A stretch of DNA of 64,000 nt from Minisyncoccota bacterium (GTDB lineage: Bacteria; Patescibacteriota; Minisyncoccia; Phycocordibacterales; PALSA-1337), in the NCBI GenBank assembly GCA_028713005.1, contig JAQTPC010000004.1, forward strand, positions 2,745-66,744, written 5' to 3'. The position numbers and the translations under genes were made by a program. Positions 28,548 to 37,612 of the stretch are shown piece by piece. Numbering within the stretch: position 1 is the stretch's first letter; every line of letters starts with the position of its first letter. The notes under the pieces were generated by a model. The model did not search any database. It had not been told where the DNA came from and saw only the letters and a program-made list of their open reading frames with translations.

Positions 28548-28943
28548 CTATGAGTGGGGTGGCTGAGATGCTAATGCGTATATTTCGAGGAAATCAATTT
28601 TAGAAGTAACTGTCACTTTACATCCAAAAAACCGTGAACAATGTATCAACTCATTTGGCGAAGCAATTATAGCCATATGTGTCCAAATGAGATTTGAGGT
28701 ATTTGCTCTCCTTTTGAAAAACACACTATGACCAACTGGCATGAGATTAAACTCTTCCGGCGAGAGATGAAAATCTGTAGGCGGATACCCGGCATCAGTA
28801 AAAGCGGGCATTTCGATACCAGCTTCACGATACACTTCAATAACGAAATGAACGCAATGGAATGTATGCCAATCAAAAGGTTTTCCAAGATAGTTATGTG
28901 CAATTGTAACGATAGAGTTCGACAATGATGGTGAAAGAATCAT
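28548..28943 (-). CDS. NlpC/P60-family (papain-like) peptidase/amidase, small standalone
   Basis: The catalytic Cys context FHCVHFVIEVY and His context THMAII...ELIHCS are consistent with the C40 Cys-His-His architecture. Confidence 0.5.
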   Translation of the reverse strand: MILSPSLSNSIVTIAHNYLGKPFDWHTFHCVHFVIEVYREAGIEMPAFTDAGYPPTDFHLSPEEFNLMPVGHSVFFKRRANTSNLIWTHMAIIASPNELIHCSRFFGCKVTVTSKIDFLEIYALASQPPHS

Positions 28944-29137
28944 ACTTTCCTTTCTCTTTGATTATTTAATGAACAAAAAACCTGCCGATTAAGGCAGGTT
29001 TAGTACTTACACGCGTAAATACCTACCTGCCCTTAATGAGAGAAGCATAAACAAAACCTGACCACGTCTGAATGTGTTTATTTATAAGCATAGGTAGAAA
29101 TTATCACACAAATTACATATTTGCCAGGATTATTACT

Positions 29138-30220
29138 TTAGATATTAGTACTATTTAACGATGACGACATTATCTTACATGAAGCTGTAGATCCATCGTC
29201 AAACGCAACACCATCTCCGCTCACGGCAGCACTGTCATAACAATAACTTGAGCCAGAAGAATTTAAAACTGCAGAGATAGCATACGTCTCTCCTTCCGCA
29301 TAACAGGTAACAACATTTTTATCTTTTAACTGAACAAATACTGAAGCAAATGATGCGTCCGCAAACATTCCTTGTGAACAGCTTCGAGTCTTTGAATATG
29401 TATTATTATCTCCATAATAAACTTCTGCTTGAGTTCTTAACTGACTAAGCACTGTTCTGACTTGAGCATCTTGTCCTTTTTGGCGAGCAGAACTCAGTGC
29501 AACAAGTACAACCGATGACATGATACCGAATATTGCAATCATTGGGAGAATGCAAGCGATGATAATACCTACGACTAGACCAGCAGTATGAGGTTTAGCT
29601 GGATCTTTATATATCACAACACTATGTGCGAACATATCATGCAATCCTTGTTTCTTTGCCGTAAATCCAGCAATAATAAAACCGATACAAAGAATAATTT
29701 GAGAAACAAACTTGCCAAGAGTTTCGCGTAACAAAACTTTACCGAATGAAAGTTTTTCAAAGCTATCTGACTTAACAGTAATACCAACCAGCATTTTTCC
29801 AAGGGTCGCGCCGGAATAATATGTCATCAAAGTGAAATATGTCCATGTCAGAAGCAATGAGACAACATAAGATAATGCCCCGGCAGTCTGTGTAGCAGAT
29901 CCTGGGTTTTTTATTAAAATCAATCCTAAAAGAAACTGCGTCATGGCAATCGGTATAGCAATAATCAAGCTATCAACCATGATCGCGACAAATCTAACCC
30001 AAAAACCAGCATATTTTACATTTACAGGAGGAGTTGGAACAGTACCTGTAGGTGCAACTGGATTGTGAGCTGGCTGATTGAGTTCGAGAGTTGCAAAAGC
30101 ATCATTTACATCGACAAGATTCCATCCACCAGCACTTACGAGATTTTGTTGTATAGACTCTTTTGTTAAACCTTGTGCTATCTGTTGTTTGACGTACTCA
30201 AGCAATTGCGTATTTGCCAT
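29138..30220 (-). CDS. Membrane protein: conserved N-terminal helical domain + RDD-family domain + C-terminal type IV pilin-like region
   Basis: The N-terminus is paralogous to the next gene. RDD core runs RFVAIMVDS...YYSGATLGKMLVGITV. The C-terminal hydrophobic helix is followed by SSARQKGQDAQVRTVLSQLRTQAEVYYGDNNTY (pilin-like) and a Cys pair. Confidence 0.5.
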   Translation of the reverse strand: MANTQLLEYVKQQIAQGLTKESIQQNLVSAGGWNLVDVNDAFATLELNQPAHNPVAPTGTVPTPPVNVKYAGFWVRFVAIMVDSLIIAIPIAMTQFLLGLILIKNPGSATQTAGALSYVVSLLLTWTYFTLMTYYSGATLGKMLVGITVKSDSFEKLSFGKVLLRETLGKFVSQIILCIGFIIAGFTAKKQGLHDMFAHSVVIYKDPAKPHTAGLVVGIIIACILPMIAIFGIMSSVVLVALSSARQKGQDAQVRTVLSQLRTQAEVYYGDNNTYSKTRSCSQGMFADASFASVFVQLKDKNVVTCYAEGETYAISAVLNSSGSSYCYDSAAVSGDGVAFDDGSTASCKIMSSSLNSTNI

Positions 30221-30264
30221 AAAAATATATTAAGACTTGTAATTAGTGCCCTGATAATAGCACA

Positions 30265-31467
30265 TTATTTAAATGTAAAACTTGAGACAATACTCTCAGC
30301 ATCCTTTATCAAACTTAAGCCTCTATCTAGACTTGATTTGAATACAACACTGTATAGTGTGCCTCCATGCACTGCACTATATTGTAATATAGCCTCTCTT
30401 GCCGACTGATCTGAACCTGTACTGCTAACTGTAAAGGCTATCACAACCGCCTTTTCACCACTCAATGTACTTGAACTTACTTTACCCAATACTGCACCTG
30501 CAAATTCTGATTTTATAATCGTATCTACATTTTCAGAAGTGATGATTTGGTCAACCGAATCGATCAGTCCGGATGTATCAGGTATAGGTGTTATAGCAAC
30601 ACACATGATATAGCCTGAAGCAGAACTCGAGGCTTGCACACCCTGTCCCCCATTTGAGGTTACACTTGGTTTCCAACCTCTAGGTAGAGTAAACGAGTAC
30701 AATGCATTATCAACAATGCTCGATTTAGATTTTAAAGGAGATACCTGGGTATTCACTACTGGCACTTGACTGGTCTTTTTTGTAAACCTATCAGTAACTG
30801 ATTGAACTAGGTTTGGTTGGAAAAAATAAACATATGCACCAGCGCCGACAAAAGCACATATAATAAACACGAAAATCAAAATAAGAATACCTGAACGACG
30901 TGGTGAAGATGATTGCTGCGGAACAACAAACGCTTTTGATGCCACAGTTTGTGGCATCGAAGAAAAGCTTGGTGGTGGAGTAAATGTTCGTGGTGGTGTT
31001 GGAATTGGACTTGTCTGATATTGTTGAGCAAATGTTGCAGGTGGTGGCTTGGGAAAGCTAGCAATCGGTTGACTTGTCTGAACAGGATTTGATGGATACT
31101 GTGATACGGATGATACTGGTGGTTTTGGTGTTGAGATAGGTGTAGGAGTAATCTTGATTTCAATAGGTGGTTTAGGTGCGATCGGAGGTGCAGTGAATTG
31201 TGGTTTTGGAGCTATAACTGGCGTTGATACGGGCACAGAAACTACTGGTATTACTGGGGCTGGAGTTGTGGGCACAAAAACTTTTGGACTTATTGTCGCT
31301 GTTGGCGTTTGACTAGTAACTACACTATGACCGAGTGCTATAAACGCCTCTTTGATATCAACTGCACTCCAACCACCTTCCGCAATAAGTTTTTGTTGTA
31401 CAGCTTCTGCACTCGAACCATGTGCCAGTTTATATGAAATGTAATCAAGTAATTGTTTATTTGTCAT
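30265..31467 (-). CDS. Single-pass membrane protein with same N-terminal domain, Pro-rich linker and extracellular C-terminal domain
   Basis: MTNKQLLDYISYKLAHGSSAEAVQQKLIAEGGWSAVDIKEAF is about 50% identical to the N-terminus of 29138..30220. It has a PT-rich spacer and a TM segment ILILIFVFIICAFVGAGAYVYFF. Confidence 0.45.
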   Translation of the reverse strand: MTNKQLLDYISYKLAHGSSAEAVQQKLIAEGGWSAVDIKEAFIALGHSVVTSQTPTATISPKVFVPTTPAPVIPVVSVPVSTPVIAPKPQFTAPPIAPKPPIEIKITPTPISTPKPPVSSVSQYPSNPVQTSQPIASFPKPPPATFAQQYQTSPIPTPPRTFTPPPSFSSMPQTVASKAFVVPQQSSSPRRSGILILIFVFIICAFVGAGAYVYFFQPNLVQSVTDRFTKKTSQVPVVNTQVSPLKSKSSIVDNALYSFTLPRGWKPSVTSNGGQGVQASSSASGYIMCVAITPIPDTSGLIDSVDQIITSENVDTIIKSEFAGAVLGKVSSSTLSGEKAVVIAFTVSSTGSDQSAREAILQYSAVHGGTLYSVVFKSSLDRGLSLIKDAESIVSSFTFK

Positions 31468-31533
31468 AGGAATATACTAAATATACACAAAGTATATCCT
31501 AGTACTGACACAATAACAGCTCCCACCTGTTGA

Positions 31534-33378
31534 TTACAGAAATAACCTCACCAACCTGATCTCCTCAAAGGTGAAACTACTGCCGAGGATATTTTTGACC
31601 GGCGAAAGTGCTCTACCACCCCCCTCTTGCATGCCCACTGCATGAAACGCCATAGAAATCTTTTTGAAACGTGTAACGGGGAGTGCATCACGAAGATGTG
31701 AAATATTCCATGTAGGATCTTCTCTTTTCTCATGTTCTATATGATTGAGGATAGTATCAAAAGATAGACCGCGCTCCGTTGCTACTTCACGGACAGATTT
31801 TCCCATGTCGATGAGGCTGCGAGTCACCTCTGCAGTAGGTATCTTTGGTTTTTTACCTTTTCTGGTTCGTTTAACCGCCTTTGCTCGATCTGCAAAATCT
31901 TCATCAGACTCACCGTCTTCTTTTGTCACCGGATCAGGGCCAAGGAATTTCTTTTGTCGAACATTGAGATCATCAGCTGATAACCCCATAAAATGGGCTT
32001 GGGCTTTTTTTGATTGTTCACGAAAGTGCTTATCGAATTCATATGCTTCCGGATGGATATGCAGGGCCATATCATTGAGTCCTGCCAAGGTAAGGCCGAG
32101 GAGCGACCGTACACGCGAGAGCGCTACATAACCCATACCCTTCTCAAAAGAACGTGACAGGTCGATATGTGCAGCGTCGAGAGACATGCCCTGACTCTTA
32201 TGGATGGTTATAGCCCATGCGAGGCGTAGAGGATACTGTTCAATCTCAGCCAACGTCCTATCTCCCTCATCGACACGCCAGCTTTCGAGTGGTACATCTA
32301 TCTCTCTACCATCAAGCGTTTTGACGACGATACTGTCATAGGTACATTCAGCGACAATGCCACGTGTGCCGTTGGCATATCCAACTTCCCAATTATTTTT
32401 TACAAACATGACTTGTGCGCCAACTTTAAGCCTGAGAACCTCAGGCGCCAAGCAAGATTTCTTTAAACCTTCAATGAGCTTTTTGTTCCCGTGTGAAATC
32501 ATCTTATACTCCAAGAATCCCCCAGGAACTGCATTGAGCTCGCGATCATTTTCGGCATCAACATCGCTATTGTGAGAATAGAGTCGTGTTGCTTTTATGT
32601 TTTCAGTTAAAATCGTAGGAATTTCAATAGGAATATCTGTTTCGCTTTTCTTTTTAACTTCATCTTCATCACCGATAAAGACCACGTCTTCTTCAGAACC
32701 CATGTGCTCATCAGTTAAAAACTCTATGCCATCATCCTCTTTTTTATTACGAGAAATAATACGGCCATTTAATAAGTCCATCATATCTGTTGAGAGCGAC
32801 TGGGCACGAATACCATTTAAAATTCCAACATACTCCTTGTCCAACTGACGATGTTGCTCTTCGAGATAACAGACAACAAAGTTAGCCTCCTTCCAAGCCT
32901 TTGAATGATACGCGAAATACGCATCAGGCTCGCCCCCACGAGATATTGGAGGCAATTGGAAAAAATCTCCACACACCACAACCTGTAAGCCTCCGAATGG
33001 CGCGTCTGACTTACGAATCTTCTTCACGATTTCATTTATGAGATCCAAACGAAAATGATGGAGCATGGATATCTCATCGATGATAAGAACTTTGGCCGCT
33101 TCTATCTTTGTCTTTACATAACTCTTTTCTGATATTTCCTCGAGATCTTGTTCTGAGAGAGTGTCGCGTACGCCGACACCAGACCATGAGTGGATCGTGA
33201 CGCCGCCCATATGGGTCGCTGCGATACCAGTAGAAGCTGTGATACCAACGGGTATTTCTCGTTCACGTAAGCACTGTAGATATTCTCGAAGAACATAGGT
33301 TTTGCCGCTGCCCGCTGGTCCGGTCAGAAAAACGTTCGCTCCTGTTTTGAGGATATTTAATGCTTCAGCTTGGGTCAT
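31534..33378 (-). CDS. Pif1/RecD-family 5'-3' DNA helicase with C-terminal HTH-like extension
   Basis: Walker A GPAGSGKTY, Walker B LIIDEISM, the GDFFQLPPI motif, and C-terminal ITIHKSQGMSLD...YVALSRV. Confidence 0.75.
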   Translation of the reverse strand: MTQAEALNILKTGANVFLTGPAGSGKTYVLREYLQCLREREIPVGITASTGIAATHMGGVTIHSWSGVGVRDTLSEQDLEEISEKSYVKTKIEAAKVLIIDEISMLHHFRLDLINEIVKKIRKSDAPFGGLQVVVCGDFFQLPPISRGGEPDAYFAYHSKAWKEANFVVCYLEEQHRQLDKEYVGILNGIRAQSLSTDMMDLLNGRIISRNKKEDDGIEFLTDEHMGSEEDVVFIGDEDEVKKKSETDIPIEIPTILTENIKATRLYSHNSDVDAENDRELNAVPGGFLEYKMISHGNKKLIEGLKKSCLAPEVLRLKVGAQVMFVKNNWEVGYANGTRGIVAECTYDSIVVKTLDGREIDVPLESWRVDEGDRTLAEIEQYPLRLAWAITIHKSQGMSLDAAHIDLSRSFEKGMGYVALSRVRSLLGLTLAGLNDMALHIHPEAYEFDKHFREQSKKAQAHFMGLSADDLNVRQKKFLGPDPVTKEDGESDEDFADRAKAVKRTRKGKKPKIPTAEVTRSLIDMGKSVREVATERGLSFDTILNHIEHEKREDPTWNISHLRDALPVTRFKKISMAFHAVGMQEGGGRALSPVKNILGSSFTFEEIRLVRLFL

Positions 33379-33437
33379 GGGTGCTAGTATATCACCTCAA
33401 ATAAAAAATCCCGACACAACCTGTGTCGGGAGCGATA

Positions 33438-34607
33438 CTAGCAATTCTTCCAAAGCGAGCTCAGGCTCGGATTGCGTGCCAACGAATAATTTGAATAATC
33501 GAGATCATCCGTCACATCTCGCGATTTTCCGAGAAAATCCGGAAGCGAGACTTGGTCGTTCGCATCCGTCAGCTCGATCTCGAGCATAACCAACCCTTGA
33601 TGTAGGCCTAAGAATACATCCAGCTCAAAATACTGATCTTTGTAAACAAAGGTTTTACGAGTCTTTGTGACAGGACAGCAGTCGGGCTTGGCGAATCTCA
33701 GCAACCGAGTGAACTCTGAAGCAGTAATGATGCTTTCAGTTTCATAACGCCCGAAACTACCAGAAAATCCTGGCAGCGTCTTTTTGATCGTCCGATAGCA
33801 CGTCGTTATCCCGCGCCAGGTGCGCATGCGGATTCGTTCATCCCCTTCTGGAGTCTTGATGTAATACTGAACGATTGAGACGTTCTCGTGAGGAACCGAA
33901 ATCAGAGGCTCATTTTTAAGATGGAACTTCCGTTCAATCTCAATCGGCACTGGGATACCGAGAATATGAGTGATCGCTGCAACAGACTTCCGCACCTTAG
34001 TCTGCAGGTCGATGAAACCACCGTTACCATCTGTATTACTGATAACGACGAGATGAGGATGATGGATCCACGAACGTAACGTCCTTTCATCAAGCTCTTT
34101 CGCTTCCTCGACTGTTTCTCGGCGAGCAATGTTATTGGCGCATGTGTAAAGATGTGGCGCATCATATGCCAAACTGCGCAGATAGATGACGCCCTTATAC
34201 GGAACTTCCCCAAGCAAAGCGGCATCATAGCCCAACTTTTCGGCCATTTTAAAGAATACATCGGGTGAGATATAAGCCGAACCATCGAGACGACCTCGAT
34301 CGGTCAATATAACCTTGTGTTTTGCCTTGATACACTTCATCGCTTGGTGGTAGCGATATTCGCGTTCGACGGAAGCGAGAAGTATCTGCGTTTGGAAATC
34401 TTCTGGTGAACCGAAATCACCGAAAGAAAGCCCGTGAGTCGCAAATTCAGTTGCGATCTCAGGAACAACACAGGCATGAACCCCTTTGTCTTGAAGATGA
34501 CGGGTAGACTGCGCTAAGACGGTTGATTTTCCAGCACAAGCGCCACCTGTTTCAGCAATTGTCGTAATGTCACTTAATGCTAATGGATGAACGATTTGGT
34601 TGAGCAT
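33438..34607 (-). CDS. Fusion protein: AAA_28/NadR-like P-loop nucleotide kinase domain + CYTH (triphosphate tunnel metalloenzyme) domain
   Basis: N-terminal P-loop ETGGACAGKST, with a C-terminal domain opening on the CYTH hallmark EIERKF (ExExK). Confidence 0.55.
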   Translation of the reverse strand: MLNQIVHPLALSDITTIAETGGACAGKSTVLAQSTRHLQDKGVHACVVPEIATEFATHGLSFGDFGSPEDFQTQILLASVEREYRYHQAMKCIKAKHKVILTDRGRLDGSAYISPDVFFKMAEKLGYDAALLGEVPYKGVIYLRSLAYDAPHLYTCANNIARRETVEEAKELDERTLRSWIHHPHLVVISNTDGNGGFIDLQTKVRKSVAAITHILGIPVPIEIERKFHLKNEPLISVPHENVSIVQYYIKTPEGDERIRMRTWRGITTCYRTIKKTLPGFSGSFGRYETESIITASEFTRLLRFAKPDCCPVTKTRKTFVYKDQYFELDVFLGLHQGLVMLEIELTDANDQVSLPDFLGKSRDVTDDLDYSNYSLARNPSLSSLWKNC

Positions 34608-34705
34608 ACTACGATCCTTTCGTTGTGAGGGTTTATTTCAAAAAACTAAGACTGATCTGAGACTACTACAGCAGTACGTACCTGTAAACCCTGAACTTGA
34701 GAAAC

Positions 34706-34735
34706 AAAAAAACCACTCAAGGTGGTTTTTTCTTA
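34706..34735. terminator. Terminator after rplE
   Basis: AAAAAACCAC-TCAAG-GTGGTTTTTT. Confidence 0.5.
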
Positions 34736-34750
34736 CTTAAAAAAGTGAAA

Positions 34751-35323
34751 CTATTTCTTTCCTTTCTTGTCATCCTCCTTCTTGAGTGGGAGACCGAGGT
34801 ATTCGAGGAAACCGAGAGTCTGTGCTCTGTCACTTGAAGTTGTGACGAGAGTGATAGCAAGACCGAAAACATCCTTGAGGTCTTCATCTGATGTTTCTGG
34901 GAAGATAGTGTGCTCCTTGATACCGATCGTATAGTTGCCCATAGCGTCAACAGAGTTGCGTGAGAGACCGCGGAAGTCCTTTGTACGAGGGAGAGCGATG
35001 TTGATCAAACGATCCATGAAATCAAACATGCGTGGACCACGGAGAGTAATCTGATAACCGAGCGGATCGCCAACACGAGTCTTGAAAGTAGCGATGGCTT
35101 TCTTTGCGGCACGGGGAGCTGGCTTTTGACCAGTAATGCGTGCGAGACGCTCTGCAATGATCTCGATCTTTTTCTTATCCTTCACAGAACCGAAACTACT
35201 ACTGACAACCACCTTCTTGAGCTGTGGAGCCTGCATAGCGTTTTTGATATTCAACGTATCTTTGAGAGCTTTGAATGATTCTTTGTTGAGTTCGAGAACT
35301 GTTTTTTTGTGAGTAGTAGTCAT
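34751..35323 (-). CDS. rplE: 50S ribosomal protein L5
   Basis: L5 consensus throughout (PRMFDFMDRLINIALPR...). Confidence 0.9.
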   Translation of the reverse strand: MTTTHKKTVLELNKESFKALKDTLNIKNAMQAPQLKKVVVSSSFGSVKDKKKIEIIAERLARITGQKPAPRAAKKAIATFKTRVGDPLGYQITLRGPRMFDFMDRLINIALPRTKDFRGLSRNSVDAMGNYTIGIKEHTIFPETSDEDLKDVFGLAITLVTTSSDRAQTLGFLEYLGLPLKKEDDKKGKK

Positions 35324-35345
35324 GGCAATATATTAAAATGAAATG

Positions 35346-35564
35346 TTATTCAGTCTTTGCAACCTTTGAAGCATGCATAGGCATAGCACGGTCAACGATC
35401 TGACCCTTTGTTCCCTGCTTGCGAGACTTCTCGTGACGCTTCATCATGTTCATACCTTCGATGAGAACCTTTCCTGTAGCAGGAAAAGCCTTCATGACCT
35501 TACCTGTCTTGCCCTTGTCATCTCCTGAGAGTATTTTAACTGTGTCGCCTTTTTTGATATGCAT
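35346..35564 (-). CDS. rplX: 50S ribosomal protein L24
   Basis: MHIKKGDTVKILSGDDKGKTGKV (KOW motif). Confidence 0.85.
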   Translation of the reverse strand: MHIKKGDTVKILSGDDKGKTGKVMKAFPATGKVLIEGMNMMKRHEKSRKQGTKGQIVDRAMPMHASKVAKTE

Positions 35565-35575
35565 GGTAGTAGAAG

Positions 35576-35947
35576 TTATACGATTTCTGAAGCTTTTGAA
35601 GCGATAGTTTTGAAGCCAGCTTCTGCAATCTCACGTGGGATTGGGCCGAAGATACGTCCAGCGATAGGTTCTTTCTTGTCCTTTTCAATGATAACAACTG
35701 CGTTCTCATCAAAACGAATGTATGAACCGTCCTTTCTACGAGTAGCTTTGCGCTGACGAACAACAACAGCATGGAGAACATCCTTTTTCTTTACTGCCTT
35801 ACGAGGTTCTGCCTTTTGAACTGAGAGCACAACGACTTCACCAATCTCAGCATAACGTTTGTGAGATGCGCCGAGAACTTTGAAAATACGTCCGATCTTT
35901 GCACCAGAGTTATCAGCGATATTGACGATTGAGCGTGGTTGAATCAT
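35576..35947 (-). CDS. rplN: 50S ribosomal protein L14
   Basis: MIQPRSIVNIADNSGAK... Confidence 0.9.
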   Translation of the reverse strand: MIQPRSIVNIADNSGAKIGRIFKVLGASHKRYAEIGEVVVLSVQKAEPRKAVKKKDVLHAVVVRQRKATRRKDGSYIRFDENAVVIIEKDKKEPIAGRIFGPIPREIAEAGFKTIASKASEIV

Positions 35948-35964
35948 AGTAGTATATTAAAAAT

Positions 35965-36225
35965 TTAGGCAATAACCTTGAAAGATTTGTTCTTTGAGAT
36001 TGGACGGCACGCCTCGACTGTAGCTTTGTCACCTATCTTCTTTGTGTTACCGATATCTGAAGCCATAATCTTTGTTCTCTTGTTGATGAACTTCTGATAC
36101 TTTGGGTGTTTGACGAAGCGACTAACAACCACAACGACCGTGTCCTTCATTTTGTCAGAACTAACAACACCAGTGAATGTCTGGGGTGTGAGCTTCTTTT
36201 CTGCTGTTGTTGTAGTTGCTTTCAT
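35965..36225 (-). CDS. rpsQ: 30S ribosomal protein S17
   Basis: TFTGVVSSDKMKDTVVVVVSRFVKHPKYQK. Confidence 0.85.
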   Translation of the reverse strand: MKATTTTAEKKLTPQTFTGVVSSDKMKDTVVVVVSRFVKHPKYQKFINKRTKIMASDIGNTKKIGDKATVEACRPISKNKSFKVIA

Positions 36226-36266
36226 AAGAGTTGTGATATTACTTGAAATTAGGTGATTTGTCTAGT

Positions 36267-36467
36267 TTATGCTGTTTTCTGCGCATTCATTGCAGTCAAA
36301 ATGCGTGCGATATCCTTTCTGATTGACTTACCCTCTTTGACATTCTTTGCCTTTGCACCAGCTGTGCCAAAACGAAAGAGACGGAGAGCTTCACGCTTGT
36401 CCGCAACCATCTTTGCGAGGTCAGCATGTGTCTTGTGTGCGATGTCTTTATTGAGAGTAGATTTCAT
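36267..36467 (-). CDS. rpmC: 50S ribosomal protein L29
   Basis: Start trimmed to an internal Met (MKSTLNKD...). About 66 aa, positioned between rplP and rpsQ. Confidence 0.7.
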   Translation of the reverse strand: MKSTLNKDIAHKTHADLAKMVADKREALRLFRFGTAGAKAKNVKEGKSIRKDIARILTAMNAQKTA

Positions 36468-36486
36468 AATAGTATATATAAAGTAT

Positions 36487-36912
36487 TTAGATACGTGTGA
36501 CAACCTTTGTCTTCATAGGAAGCTTTGTGCCTGCCTTACGGAGAGCTTCGCGGGCAACCTCTGCATCAACACCGTCAATCTCGAACATGACACGTCCTGG
36601 CTTAACCTCACATACGAAGCCGACTGGTTCACCCTTTCCCTTTCCCATTTTTACTTCGGCAGGCTTTTGGGTATATGGACGATCTGGAAAAACGCGGACC
36701 CAGACCTTGCCAGACTTGGTAGCATAACGAGCCATAACTTTACGAGCTGATTCAATCTGGTTTGAAGTGATGCGGGCATACTTCATAGCCTTGAGACCGT
36801 ATGAGCCAAAAGAGACCTCGACGCCACGAGTTTCATTTTTTGCAGCTTCCTTAACGCTGTTCTTGCGTTTGGTGAACCACTTGCGGTGTTTTACTTTCTT
36901 AGGGAATAGCAT
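36487..36912 (-). CDS. rplP: 50S ribosomal protein L16
   Basis: MLFPKKVKHRKWF...GKGEPVGFVCEVKPGRVMFE. Confidence 0.9.
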   Translation of the reverse strand: MLFPKKVKHRKWFTKRKNSVKEAAKNETRGVEVSFGSYGLKAMKYARITSNQIESARKVMARYATKSGKVWVRVFPDRPYTQKPAEVKMGKGKGEPVGFVCEVKPGRVMFEIDGVDAEVAREALRKAGTKLPMKTKVVTRI

Positions 36913-36930
36913 GGTAGTAAATTAAATGAT

Positions 36931-37608
36931 TTATTTCTTTGCAGCGACGTCTTTTGCGAAGATTTCGCCCTTGTATATCCAAACTTTGATACCGATATCA
37001 CCATAGGTCATGTGAGCCTTTTCACGAGCAAAATCGATGTCAGCACGAAGTGTCTGGAGAGGAACCTGTCCCTTCTTGAGCTCTTCACTGCGAGCGATCT
37101 CAGCACCACCGAGGCGACCACCGAGGCGGATACGAATACCCTTTACCTCCTTGTTGGCCATCACCTTTTCAATTGTCTGCTTGAGCACACGACGGAATGG
37201 AAGGCGCTTTTCGAGAGCTTCAGCAATCATCATGCCAGTGATAGCGGCATTTGACTCTGGAGTACGGACTTCTTCAATATCAAGTTTGAGTTCCTGTGTT
37301 TTGAGGTCGATCTTTGCCTTGCGGATGAGAGTCATAACCTTTGCACGGAGCTTGACGATACCGTCACCAGACTTGCCGATGAGCATACCTGGACGTGATG
37401 TCTTAATGACAACACGGAGTACTTTTTGTGAACGTTCGATCTCAACACCACCTACATAAAATGTACGAAGTTCCTTCTGGAGGAATTCGCGGATGATAAC
37501 GTCAGTCTTGAGAGCTGTGCGGTATCCTTGATCTGTTCCAAACCAACGACCTTTCCAATCGCGGATGATACCAAGTCTATGAGAATAAGGGTGTACGGTG
37601 TGTGACAT
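36931..37608 (-). CDS. rpsC: 30S ribosomal protein S3
   Basis: HPYSHRLGIIRDWKGRWFG, KH domain. Confidence 0.9.
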   Translation of the reverse strand: MSHTVHPYSHRLGIIRDWKGRWFGTDQGYRTALKTDVIIREFLQKELRTFYVGGVEIERSQKVLRVVIKTSRPGMLIGKSGDGIVKLRAKVMTLIRKAKIDLKTQELKLDIEEVRTPESNAAITGMMIAEALEKRLPFRRVLKQTIEKVMANKEVKGIRIRLGGRLGGAEIARSEELKKGQVPLQTLRADIDFAREKAHMTYGDIGIKVWIYKGEIFAKDVAAKK

Positions 37609-37612
37609 ATGA

